Shown here: piece by piece, positions 30,060-39,574 of the stretch
How positions within the stretch are numbered: position 1 is the stretch's first letter
Layout: the number at the start of each line of letters is the position of its first letter
Source of the DNA: an uncultured Bacteroidota bacterium
GTDB taxonomy: Bacteria > Bacteroidota > Bacteroidia > Cytophagales > Cyclobacteriaceae
Direction of reading: 5' to 3'
DNA: 64,000 bases
NCBI GenBank assembly: GCA_963714945.1
Contig: CAVQQL010000025.1
Location: 21,188-85,187, forward strand
Made by a program: the position numbers and the translations under genes
Notes under the pieces: generated by a model
What the model saw: only the letters and a program-made list of their open reading frames with translations
Told to the model about the DNA's origin: nothing
The model's database searches: none

Positions 30060-31646
30060 ATGAGAAAACTTACCTATCTCCTGTTGTTATTGTCGCTTGT
30101 GAATGGCCGCACCTGGGGCCAGGCAAAGACCCGAAGGCTTCCAAGCATCATTAACCATCCGTCTTTGAATTTATATGCGCCTTTTATCAGCTTTGATGGC
30201 AACGCATTGTTATTTGTTTCCGACGACGGAGAAGATCATTCCCTGACTGTCTCTTACACCTCACGTGAAAATGACTGGAATACCCCGGCAATACTGCCAA
30301 AGCACGTGAATCATCGCTTGGTTTACCAAAATGGTTTTGCGCTAAATGCAGACGGGAAAACGATGTATTTTACCTCATCAAAGTCACCTACAGTGGGTGG
30401 GTATGATATCATGATGAGCGAGCTGAAAGGCGCTACCTGGAGTGAGCCGCAAAATCTCGTGCTACCCATTAACACAAAATCGAATGAAGGTTGCCCATCT
30501 TTTACTACGGATGGAAATGAAATCTATTTCATGCGGTGTGACAGGATGGATCAAAACAGCGCGGATGGGTGTAAACTTTTTTTCTCAAAGAAGAAGCCAA
30601 ATGGACAATGGGATGAACCAAAGGAATTACCAACCAATATTAACACTGGAAATTCACAGACGCCCCGTATTATGGCGGATGGCGAGACGTTGATTTTTTC
30701 TTCCAACACGATGACTCCCGGAAAGGGTGACATGGATTTATATCTCAGTAGATTCCGCGACGGGAGGTGGACAGATCCAACACCAATGGATTTTGTGAAT
30801 ACAGACGAAGATGACCAATTTGTGAGCGTAGCGGCGTTGGGAAGATACCTCCTGAAAGACACCCATGGTTCTAGAAAAACTAACGAATTAGTGGAGTTTC
30901 TAATACCAAATGAGCTTCGGCCAAAAGGTATGATGAAGGTGGAAGGCACGGTTACCGATGAGAACGATGCACCGATTTCCGCTTACATTTCTGTTACAGA
31001 TTTGGCGAAGAATGAACGCGTTGTCAGCACGAGACCAAACGCAGATGGTTCCTATGTGGCATATCTTATGGAAGGTACACAGTACGAAATGTCTGTCGAT
31101 CCCGAAAACAGTGATGTCAGTTATTTTGCTAAACGGTTTGACTTGACCATGGACAGAACTCCGCAGCGAGAGCGCGTTAATGTTATCTTGAAACAACCCG
31201 CTGCGGGTGATGAGTTGTCTTTGGACCTCATTTCATTCATACCCTACTCCGCAACATTAGCACCAGAATCTGCGTCAGAATTGAAGAGATTGGCTCGCGT
31301 TGTTAAGGCAAATCCACAACTTAACTTTCAAATACAGGTTGTGCTGAATGGATATGTGCAAGATTCAATTCAATCTGATCCAGATCTGACAGAAATCCTG
31401 GTCGATTCGGTCGCGACCTATGTGGATGACATTGACACACTTGGACAAGTGTACCAGCGCGACACGATTGTTGTTAAGGAGATCTATCACAATGACAGAA
31501 CGCTCCAGCAGGCAGAAAGTATTATTGAATATCTGGTCACGCAGGGCGCCAGCCAGGATAATTTCACCTATTTGGGCAATGCTATTCCGGCAATTTTGCC
31601 CGAGGAGGAAAAATTAATCATCAAGGCCCTAGTACAAGCGCGTTGA
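30060..31646 (+). CDS. PD40 (TolB-like beta-propeller) protein with a degenerate OmpA-like C-terminal domain
   Basis: Repeats PFISFDG..LLFVS, ADGKTMYFTS, INT.SNEGCPSF..DG..IYF, ADGETLIFSS..G.GDMDLY; CarboxypepD-like domain; OmpA-like tail. Confidence 0.8.
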   Translation: MRKLTYLLLLLSLVNGRTWGQAKTRRLPSIINHPSLNLYAPFISFDGNALLFVSDDGEDHSLTVSYTSRENDWNTPAILPKHVNHRLVYQNGFALNADGKTMYFTSSKSPTVGGYDIMMSELKGATWSEPQNLVLPINTKSNEGCPSFTTDGNEIYFMRCDRMDQNSADGCKLFFSKKKPNGQWDEPKELPTNINTGNSQTPRIMADGETLIFSSNTMTPGKGDMDLYLSRFRDGRWTDPTPMDFVNTDEDDQFVSVAALGRYLLKDTHGSRKTNELVEFLIPNELRPKGMMKVEGTVTDENDAPISAYISVTDLAKNERVVSTRPNADGSYVAYLMEGTQYEMSVDPENSDVSYFAKRFDLTMDRTPQRERVNVILKQPAAGDELSLDLISFIPYSATLAPESASELKRLARVVKANPQLNFQIQVVLNGYVQDSIQSDPDLTEILVDSVATYVDDIDTLGQVYQRDTIVVKEIYHNDRTLQQAESIIEYLVTQGASQDNFTYLGNAIPAILPEEEKLIIKALVQAR

Positions 31647-31648
31647 GG

Positions 31649-32203
31649 TTAGAATGAAAAAGGAACCGCAACCAGGGTTTTATCCCATATCAATACCATC
31701 TCAGCATCTTCACCAACACGCTCAAAGGAGATCGTGAATTGCTCAAACTCCCGTGGACTGGTAACGGAATGTACATTTATGGAAAAGACATCAAGGTCTG
31801 GGTTTCGATTGGGTTCGCCATCCGCGCCGATGCCCCACTGACCATATTCGGAATTGAAAATAATTGTCCACGTTTCTTCGCCTGGAACAGTCCAAAGCGA
31901 GTATTTTCCCTTCTTGAGTAGTTTGCCTTCAAACACAAGGTTCGCGTTTGTCTCGAAGGTAGTGGCTTCATTAGCGCCTGTCCGCCAAACCTTTCCATAG
32001 GGGACAAGAGATCCAAAGATATCTCTCCCCTTTTTATAGGGCCTGTTGTAGAACACTTTAATCTCCACATCGCCCTGCTGAAATACAATTTGATCTTCAG
32101 GGCTAAATGATTTTTCGTGTTTTTCGACTAAGATTTTAGTGACAGCCCCCAAGATGATTAATGCGGCTACCGCCACGCCGGCTACGACTAAAAATTTTTT
32201 CAT
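31649..32203 (-). CDS. DUF2911 domain-containing protein
   Basis: SP, YNRPYKKGRDIFG.LVPYGKVWRTGANEAT, GKYSLWTVP, WDKT. Confidence 0.92.
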   Translation of the reverse strand: MKKFLVVAGVAVAALIILGAVTKILVEKHEKSFSPEDQIVFQQGDVEIKVFYNRPYKKGRDIFGSLVPYGKVWRTGANEATTFETNANLVFEGKLLKKGKYSLWTVPGEETWTIIFNSEYGQWGIGADGEPNRNPDLDVFSINVHSVTSPREFEQFTISFERVGEDAEMVLIWDKTLVAVPFSF

Positions 32204-32464
32204 TTTTCTTACTTTTGAATGGGCTGCTATCTCAAGCTAAACAATTTTTGAATCTTTGTGCACAAATTAGGTGGATTGGGATTACTTTTACACTGTCTAA
32301 AAAATATATAAATTATGGATGTAGCATCATGGTGGCCATTCTTCGTGGTAATTTTTCTTTTTATCCTTGCTATCGTCTCTCCATGGATTTTTCCGAATAA
32401 GATGGTAAGCAAAAACAAGCACGACAATAAGTTTTAGTACTTCTTTTCATTCTCTTTTTCACCC

Positions 32465-33010
32465 ATGAACATATGCGTCTTCTGCGGTTCATCTACAGGT
32501 GTGCGCCCGCATTATGCAGAAGCGGCAAGAGAACTTGGAAAACAGCTAGTAGCTTCATCGCATAGCCTGGTCTACGGTGGTGGCAATGTTGGATTGATGG
32601 GGGTGCTTGCGGATATGGTCCTTCAGCAAAGTGGAGAAGTCATTGGGGTTATTCCTGAATTTTTATTACAACGGGAAGTTGGCCATCGCGGAGTGTCCCG
32701 ATTGGAGGTTGTTTCGAGCATGCATATGCGTAAAAAGCGCATGGCTGACCTCTCAGAAGCTTTTATTGCTTTGCCGGGCGGTTGGGGCACCCTCGATGAA
32801 CTGGCCGAAATACTCACTTGGCGCCAGCTTGGCTTAATTAATCAACCTATTGGACTGCTGAACACCAATAGGTTTTTTGACCCGCTGCTGGCGCAAATGC
32901 GTTTAATGGTAGATGAGGGATTTCTAAAGGCGAATCATCTTGACAACCTGGTTGTTGAATCCTCTTCAGGAAAACTACTCGATCAATTAGAACACGCGAT
33001 CATGATCTGA
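32465..33010 (+). CDS. LOG family protein (TIGR00730; nucleotide monophosphate nucleosidase / cytokinin-activating)
   Basis: ICVFCGSS, LVYGGGNVGLMG, MHMRKKRM, ALPGGWGTLDE. Confidence 0.93.
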   Translation: MNICVFCGSSTGVRPHYAEAARELGKQLVASSHSLVYGGGNVGLMGVLADMVLQQSGEVIGVIPEFLLQREVGHRGVSRLEVVSSMHMRKKRMADLSEAFIALPGGWGTLDELAEILTWRQLGLINQPIGLLNTNRFFDPLLAQMRLMVDEGFLKANHLDNLVVESSSGKLLDQLEHAIMI

Positions 33011-33058
33011 CAGTCTCTGAAAATTGTTTTATATTCAACATCTCGGTTTGTTGTTCTT

Positions 33059-34291
33059 ATGACGTGCAGAATCCTTGGTTTCTTTTTGTTTTATGGTATT
33101 GTCTGCAATCTTCACGGACAAAACCTTGGTTTTTCATTGGCTTCTGGGAAAAAGAAGGTCCAGATACCAATAGAAATTTACAACAACCTGATTATTATTC
33201 CTGTTGTGTTGAATGATGCGTTGCCGCTAAAATTTATTCTGGATACCGGCGTACGTACTGCTATCCTCACCCAAAAAACCTTTACGGACATTCTCAACCT
33301 CGTATATGCGAGAAAGTACACTATCGCAGGACCAGGCGGAAAAAATGTTGTGGACGCCTACATTACTAACAATGTTTCGCTTGGGCTACCGGGCGTCATT
33401 GGCCGGGGCCATGCGATGTTGGTTTTGGGTCAAGATTATTTAGAGCTGCGAAACTATTTGGGGACGGATGTCCATGGAATCCTGGGGTACGAGCTCTTTA
33501 GCCGTTTCATTGTTCAAATTGACTACGAAAGAAAGGTACTTACGTTGATGCTGCCCGAAAAATTTCGAAAAAGCAGGAAATATCAGACTATCGAAATGTC
33601 TATCGAAGATACCAAACCCTATATATTCTCACCTGTTGTCTTTGAAAATGGGCTAACCCTGAATGCGAAGTTGCTGGTAGATTCTGGCGCCAGTCATGGG
33701 TTAATGCTGGAGCCAAGTTCAAGCGAGATTGTCCAGGTTCCTGAGCAAGCCGTTAGCAGTTTAATTGGAAGAGGGCTTGGAGGAGAAATCGTCGGCAAGG
33801 TAGGGCGGATAAAATCTATTTCATTAGGATCTTACCTGTTGGAAAATGTGATCGCAAACTTCCCCGATCCAAACAGCTATACTGATAGTATTAAGATTGG
33901 AAATACCTTCAGAAATGGCGCGATTGGTGGCGAAATATTAAGCCGATTCACGGTGATCTACAATTTTTCTGCTGAAGAAATATACCTAAGAAAGAATTCC
34001 TCGTTCAAGAATAACTTCTACTATAATCTCAGTGGCATAACATTGAAAGCAAAGGGCGCTCAGCTCAATACATTTGAAGTAACCGAGGTGCGCGAGAAAT
34101 CGCCTTCTCAGACTGGAGGGATTCTGCCGGGCGACATTGTTCTAAGCCTGAATGGTATATCGGTCAAGGAGCTGGATCTTAATACGATGAATGGTTTTCT
34201 GAATAGTAAGCCTGGCAGGAAGATCAAATTGGAGATAAGCCGGAATGGGGAAAAAATCAGAAAGGAAATTGAGTTGATAGACCAAATTTGA
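33059..34291 (+). CDS. Secreted aspartyl protease (two retropepsin-like lobes) with a PDZ domain
   Basis: FILDTG and LLVDSG catalytic motifs, GILG/GAIG, C-term SP..GGILPGDIVLSLNG. Confidence 0.9.
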   Translation: MTCRILGFFLFYGIVCNLHGQNLGFSLASGKKKVQIPIEIYNNLIIIPVVLNDALPLKFILDTGVRTAILTQKTFTDILNLVYARKYTIAGPGGKNVVDAYITNNVSLGLPGVIGRGHAMLVLGQDYLELRNYLGTDVHGILGYELFSRFIVQIDYERKVLTLMLPEKFRKSRKYQTIEMSIEDTKPYIFSPVVFENGLTLNAKLLVDSGASHGLMLEPSSSEIVQVPEQAVSSLIGRGLGGEIVGKVGRIKSISLGSYLLENVIANFPDPNSYTDSIKIGNTFRNGAIGGEILSRFTVIYNFSAEEIYLRKNSSFKNNFYYNLSGITLKAKGAQLNTFEVTEVREKSPSQTGGILPGDIVLSLNGISVKELDLNTMNGFLNSKPGRKIKLEISRNGEKIRKEIELIDQI

Positions 34292-34349
34292 TTCGCTCAC
34301 CTCGTCGATTTCGCCAACTTCGGCTTATCATTTTCCACGCCGGATGAAG

Positions 34350-34772
34350 CTACAATTCCACTTGCCGCACTTTAGAGGAATTGTGTACGGCATTATAAAG
34401 ATCTTCCGGCGAAAGATTTTGTTTCAATAAGTAGTCGAGAATGGTTGAGGATCCAATGGATTCATGATAATTAGAACTTTTCAGTACGGCGATCGGTATA
34501 TTTTTCGTCCGTCGGTTACCAGATAGTGCCTTTGTTGTTTCCAATAGCCCTATGCGTCCAATGTTGTCGTCAATGAAGATAAAATTGGGGTGGAAGTGGC
34601 CTAATCTTTCTAATATGCTTTTTAAGTCGAATGCTATTTCGGTTACAATAAGTCGCCCTCTAACCTGTTTAAGCTTTTCCAGGACGCGTCCCATTTCAAT
34701 TGGATTATTGCCAATTAGTAGAACACGGAGTGGCGTCATTGCCTTGCGCTCATCAATTATTGTTTGCATCAT
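34350..34772 (-). CDS. Stand-alone atypical response-regulator receiver domain
   Basis: RVLLI, PNFIFIDD, TKNIPIAVL and DYLLK fit the REC fold; beta1 acidic pair replaced by GNN. Confidence 0.65.
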   Translation of the reverse strand: MMQTIIDERKAMTPLRVLLIGNNPIEMGRVLEKLKQVRGRLIVTEIAFDLKSILERLGHFHPNFIFIDDNIGRIGLLETTKALSGNRRTKNIPIAVLKSSNYHESIGSSTILDYLLKQNLSPEDLYNAVHNSSKVRQVEL

Positions 34773-34895
34773 CCTGCGTGGGGTTAAAAATTGTCCTTAT
34801 TCGGATGAAGCTTATACAACATTCGTTCCAGTGATTAATTTCGCTGTTGCGGGCGTCATTTTTCACTGGTATTTTCTCATAAAAGGAATAGATTC

Positions 34896-36008
34896 TTGAA
34901 ACGGGTTATCATTATTGGAGGTGGACTGGCCGGGCTCATTGCTTCGATTCAACTGGCAAAGGCAGGTATTTCATCTATGGTTATTGAAAAAAAGGCATAT
35001 CCGTTCCATCGGGTTTGCGGGGAATATATTTCGAATGAAGTTGTCCCTTTCTTGAAATCGATAGATGCTTTCCCCGCTCAATTTAGCCCACCTGAAATTT
35101 TCAGATTTATGCTTTCTTCAGTGCGTGGTAAGTCTGAAACCATGCGGCTGGATTTAGGGGGATTTGGGATAAGCCGGTACACATTCGACCACTTTTTGTA
35201 CGAAAAAGCGAAGGCATTGGGTGTTGAATTCTTTCTGCATGAAGAAGTGGAGCAAATCCATTTTCTGCATGAAGTATTTGAGGTTAAGACCAGCGCAAAT
35301 GAATGGAAGGCAGACGTAGTAATAGGAACATTTGGTAAACGGTCGAGAATTGATCAACTGCTGAAAAGGAAATTCATCACGCGGCGATCACCTTATGTTG
35401 GCGTGAAATACCATGTGCGCGCGAATCACCCCAATGACCTGATAGCCCTTCATAATTTTCCGGGCGGATACTTGGGGATGAGTAACATTGAAGAAGGAAA
35501 AACTACACTGTGCTATTTATCTCATCGCGACAACTTAAAGCAATACCGCAATATTGAGGAAATGGAAAAGAACATCCTCTTCAAAAATCCCCTACTCCGA
35601 TCGGTATTTCGGGATTGTGAACATTTGTTCATACGGCCAGAAGTTATCAATGAAATTTCATTTGAAACCAAGTCACCCGTTGAAAACCATATCCTAATGG
35701 CTGGCGACGCGGCTGGAATGATTGCACCCCTGAGCGGAAACGGTATGGCCATGGCTATTCGTTCGGCGAAGATTCTGAGCGAACTTATCATTCGTTTTGC
35801 GGAAGAGCGAAACTTCACCCGTGAAATGCTGGAAAGAGACTATGTGGCCGCCTGGAATCAAAACTTTAGAAGCCGCCTTTGGAAAGGTCGCCAAATTCAG
35901 AAATTGTTCGGCAATTCCGTGGCATCCAACGTTGCCGTGGACTTGGTGATGCATGTAAGGCCATTGGCGAATATGATAATTCGCGGCACCCACGGCCACC
36001 CTTTTTAA
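34896..36008 (+). CDS. NAD(P)/FAD-dependent oxidoreductase (geranylgeranyl-reductase/flavin monooxygenase superfamily)
   Basis: IIIGGGLAG, RVCGEYIS, MAGDAAGMIAPLSGNGMAMA; TTG start. Confidence 0.88.
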   Translation: MKRVIIIGGGLAGLIASIQLAKAGISSMVIEKKAYPFHRVCGEYISNEVVPFLKSIDAFPAQFSPPEIFRFMLSSVRGKSETMRLDLGGFGISRYTFDHFLYEKAKALGVEFFLHEEVEQIHFLHEVFEVKTSANEWKADVVIGTFGKRSRIDQLLKRKFITRRSPYVGVKYHVRANHPNDLIALHNFPGGYLGMSNIEEGKTTLCYLSHRDNLKQYRNIEEMEKNILFKNPLLRSVFRDCEHLFIRPEVINEISFETKSPVENHILMAGDAAGMIAPLSGNGMAMAIRSAKILSELIIRFAEERNFTREMLERDYVAAWNQNFRSRLWKGRQIQKLFGNSVASNVAVDLVMHVRPLANMIIRGTHGHPF

Positions 36009-36026
36009 CAGCACGAGCGCCTGGCA

Positions 36027-36920
36027 CTAGGTAAAAAGTTGTGCGTAGTTCCTCGCGTAAAGAAATAAATAGATGAAAAACACGTTCAAACATGTTGCAG
36101 ATAGAAAATTGAGCCACATGGTGTGTTTGAAGTCGGCTTTCGATTCATTCTTGAAAGCCTTTAGAAACCAATAAATAAAATAGATGGCCACAGGGCCCAT
36201 TGCGATCACATAGGCCACTGAATATTTTGTAGAAAAATGCTTGTTTAAAAATAAGACAAAGCCCAGGGTGACAAAGACAAAGACTACCGCCACGAAATAA
36301 AATGTTCCTCGGATGCCAAGCATCCTGCTAAGCGTTTCATCGCCACGTTTTCCGTCTTCCTCATGCTGATAAATCTGAGTCATCGGATAATTGGCCCAAA
36401 GCATTGCACTGCACAAAAGACCGGGGATGACTACTGAAGCACCAAGGCTATTTTGTAATGCATACGAATTGATCCCGACATAGCACATGATAAATGTAAA
36501 TAGCCCTTGAAAAAGACCGGCGACAAGCCAGCCGACGATGGGATATTTTTTTAACCGAATACCAGGATGACTGTATGCCTTGGACACCAATCCATAGATC
36601 AGGAGCATAACGGCAAAGGTTAAGTTGATTTCCAGGTAGCCCAGCGCAATAGCGACGGTATCAAAAGACAGCGCGAGGTAATACAAACCCTTTTTTACTG
36701 GTGGTGGATTTTCTAGACCGCCGATGCTTTTTTCATCTTTATCGAAATAACTATTGTAGCCATTGCTTGCCGGGTAAAGAAATATATGGATTATGATGAA
36801 TGTCCAAAGCAATCCTTTTTCGCTAACATTGGGAGAAATCGAGAGGCTGAACAAATACACCGGAAGCAAGAAATAGGAGAAGGGAATCCTTAAGTGTAGC
36901 CATGAGGATATTGAGAACAT
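36027..36920 (-). CDS. UbiA-family membrane prenyltransferase
   Basis: LRIP, NGYNSYFDKDE, YSHP.IRLK, QIYQHEED.KRG..TL; about 9 TM segments. Confidence 0.88.
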   Translation of the reverse strand: MFSISSWLHLRIPFSYFLLPVYLFSLSISPNVSEKGLLWTFIIIHIFLYPASNGYNSYFDKDEKSIGGLENPPPVKKGLYYLALSFDTVAIALGYLEINLTFAVMLLIYGLVSKAYSHPGIRLKKYPIVGWLVAGLFQGLFTFIMCYVGINSYALQNSLGASVVIPGLLCSAMLWANYPMTQIYQHEEDGKRGDETLSRMLGIRGTFYFVAVVFVFVTLGFVLFLNKHFSTKYSVAYVIAMGPVAIYFIYWFLKAFKNESKADFKHTMWLNFLSATCLNVFFIYLFLYARNYAQLFT

Positions 36921-36995
36921 TATTAATGGATTATTTTGGATAAGCTAAGAACCGGACAGCCTAAATTATAGTTTTGTATGAATATATCGAAATGA

Positions 36996-38098
36996 ATGAG
37001 TAGCATAACGGCCATTGGGACGGCGAATCCACCACATCGCTTTAAACAATCTCAGATCGCTGACTTCATGGTCAATGCGATGCAGCTGGCGCCAGACGAC
37101 AGTAGAAGACTTCGTGCGATTTTTAATTCCAGTGGAATTGACTATCGCTACTCAGTTCTTGAGGATTATGGTTTGGAAAAGGATTATACCTTTTACGCGA
37201 ACAGCAAAGACTTTGAGCCCTTTCCTTCGACGGCCAAAAGAATGTCAATTTTCAGGGAAAACGCATTGGATTTGAGCGTTAATGCCGTCCAAAATATGCT
37301 TTTGACAATTCCGGATTTTAGCCCAAAGCATGTGTCACACCTGATTGTCGTCTGCTGCACGGGCATGTATGCACCTGGCCTTGATATAGATTTGGTGAAG
37401 AAGTTAGGCCTCGCCTCCAGTGTCCAGCGGACTGGAATCAATTTTATGGGTTGCTATGGGGCATTTAACGCATTAAAGGTTGCAGATGCGATTTGCACGG
37501 CTGATGAAACGGCAAAAGCTCTTATTGTTTGCACCGAAATTTGCAGTATTCACTTTCAAAAAGAACCACTGATGATAACTTGATTTCAAATGCCCTTTTT
37601 GCTGATGGCTCTGCGGCTGTACTTGTTGAAGGCACGACTACTGCGTCCGTCAGGTTGAACCTTGAGCGTTTCTGCAATGATCTTGCTCCAGAAGGGGAAC
37701 ATGATATGGCCTGGGAAATCGGCGATCTCGGGTTTGAAATGAAGCTGTCGACCTATGTTCCAGCGATAATTAAGAATGGGATATTAAAGCTCACAACTGC
37801 GCTATTGGACAAAATTGGCAAAGACCTGGTAGATATACATCATTTTGCCATTCATCCTGGCGGGAGAAAAATTTTGGAAAGCGTAGAGCAAGCGTTAGGT
37901 ATTAGTAGAAAACAGAACCAACCGGCTTATCATATTTTACAGCAGTATGGTAACATGTCATCGCCCACAATCTTATTTGTGCTTCAAGAGATTATGAGGA
38001 GGCGAACCGCGCGAGACCAGGAGGAGCGAGTTTTGTGCTTTGCCTTTGGTCCGGGGCTTACATTGGAAAGTATGATCATAAAAATTGAAAAGGCTTAG
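36996..38098 (+). CDS. Type III polyketide synthase (chalcone-synthase-like); -1 frameshift near 37567
   Basis: IGTANP, CCTG..APGLD, catalytic Cys FMGCYG, TEICSIH, NALFADG, His FAIHPGG, Asn YGNMSS, AFGPGLT; halves join as KEP/TDDNL. Confidence 0.93.
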
Positions 38099-38101
38099 CA
38101 C

Positions 38102-38819
38102 ATGCCCGACTTTTCCCGGCGATCAAATGAAGCTGAGATCATGGATGATCTAAATTATTCCGGCGAGATGATGGATCAGACGTTGCGTGAGCTTGAATTG
38201 ATCAATAAGTGGTTGGGAGGAAACAATGTAACGTTAGGCGGAATCATTGCACTGTTAAGGAATCATAATAACGATGGCCCAATAAGCATTGCAGATCTGG
38301 GCTGTGGCAGCGGCGGCATGTTGCAGGTAATCGGTAATTGGGCGCGAAGAAATGATCGCGTGCTAAATCTTTTTGGTATTGATGCCAATCCTTATATTAT
38401 CCGTCTTGCCGAAAAAAAACGCAGTCAGAATAGAGCGTATTCAGTTTCAAGTAATGGATGTTTTTTCTCCAGCATTCCAGGCGCAGCGCTTTGATATCGT
38501 AATTGGAACGCTGTTCTTCCATCATTTTACGGAAGAACAACTTGTAGCATTATTTGCGCGATTGAAGGATCAGGTTTCCATTGGTTTCATTATCAATGAT
38601 GTTCACCGTCACCCATTGGCCTTCTATTCCATAAAGCTCTTAACGAAAATTTTTTCCAGGTCATCGATGGTCAAATATGATGCCCCTTTGTCCGTTTTGC
38701 GATCGTTTAAAAGGAATGAATTAGTAGGCATTCTTAAAAAGGCCAATATTGAGAACTTCAGTATAAAATGGAAGTGGGCTTTCAGATGGCAGGTATTAGT
38801 TTACAAGGAGGGGGCCTGA
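38102..38819 (+). CDS. Class I SAM-dependent methyltransferase (type III PKS-associated); +1 frameshift in A8 at 38412-38419
   Basis: RS..AEIMDD, L..INKWLGG, IADLGCGSG, GIDANP; second half FDIV..LFFHHF, INDVHRH, DAPLSV.RSF, WKWAFRW. Confidence 0.9.
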
Positions 38820-38910
38820 TTTGGATCACTGCAAAGCCCGAGCAAAACCGGAATGAATAGTCTGGCACAATTTTTCGTACTTTTAAGCATTATCTAAAAT
38901 TCGTTTTATT

Positions 38911-39510
38911 ATGAAAGCTGAACGGGTATTGTTCTTGGTATGTATAATCGCTCTGGCGGGATGCGCTTCTGGCACGCTAGGTAAAAAAGTAAATGAACCT
39001 TTCCAGGGAAATGCGTACGAATCAAATAACCGATTCTTCCGAGGAACGGGAAAAGGGTCAAGTTCGCAGGACAATATCGCCCGCGGCAAAGCCGATATCG
39101 ATGCCAAAGCCCAATTGGCCGGTCAGGTAAATACAACAATGAAGCAGGTTGCTGATCAATACCTGGGGCAAACTGAAAATGAAAAAGCCGCGGATGTCGC
39201 GGATAAGTTTCAAAGTCTGGTGCGCCAGGTTATGAATACAAATATTGCAGATTTGCGCAAGATGGGGGAGAAGAAATTCTACAATGAAAAAACCAAGGAA
39301 TATTCGGTTTTTATAGCCTACGAAATAAAGAAGAATGCGATGCTCCGGTTTATGAAAAAACAGGCAAAAGTAGATCAGACAATCGATGAACGTCAGCGTG
39401 ACATAATTGATAGAATTCTGGACGAGGAACTAAAAAAAGCTGATGCGGCAGATCAAGGCAGAGGAATAAAAACTGCGGAATGCAATTTTTATGAGACCTG
39501 CTGGATTTAG
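38911..39510 (+). CDS. Lipoprotein (LPP20-like); true stop probably near 39469
   Basis: ALAGC lipobox; RGTGKG.S....ARGKA..DAKAQLA.QV; the ORF tail runs into a terminator, suggesting a late +1 error. Confidence 0.7.
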   Translation: MKAERVLFLVCIIALAGCASGTLGKKVNEPFQGNAYESNNRFFRGTGKGSSSQDNIARGKADIDAKAQLAGQVNTTMKQVADQYLGQTENEKAADVADKFQSLVRQVMNTNIADLRKMGEKKFYNEKTKEYSVFIAYEIKKNAMLRFMKKQAKVDQTIDERQRDIIDRILDEELKKADAADQGRGIKTAECNFYETCWI

Positions 39511-39526
39511 TCTGGCAGGTTTTTTT
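39496..39526 (+). terminator. Intrinsic terminator
   Basis: ACCTGCTGGA-TTTAG-TCTGGCAGGT stem (2 G-U pairs) followed by a T run. Confidence 0.7.
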
Positions 39527-39574
39527 GTAACCTTTCCTGGCCTGTTGCGTCATAATGATTATAACCCCGCTCTC

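Noticed and set aside
37560-37583. Programmed ribosomal frameshift in the type III PKS
   Set aside because: The joint falls at GAACCACT, requiring one missing base, without a canonical slippery heptamer or stimulatory hairpin. Window-wide indels explain it more simply.
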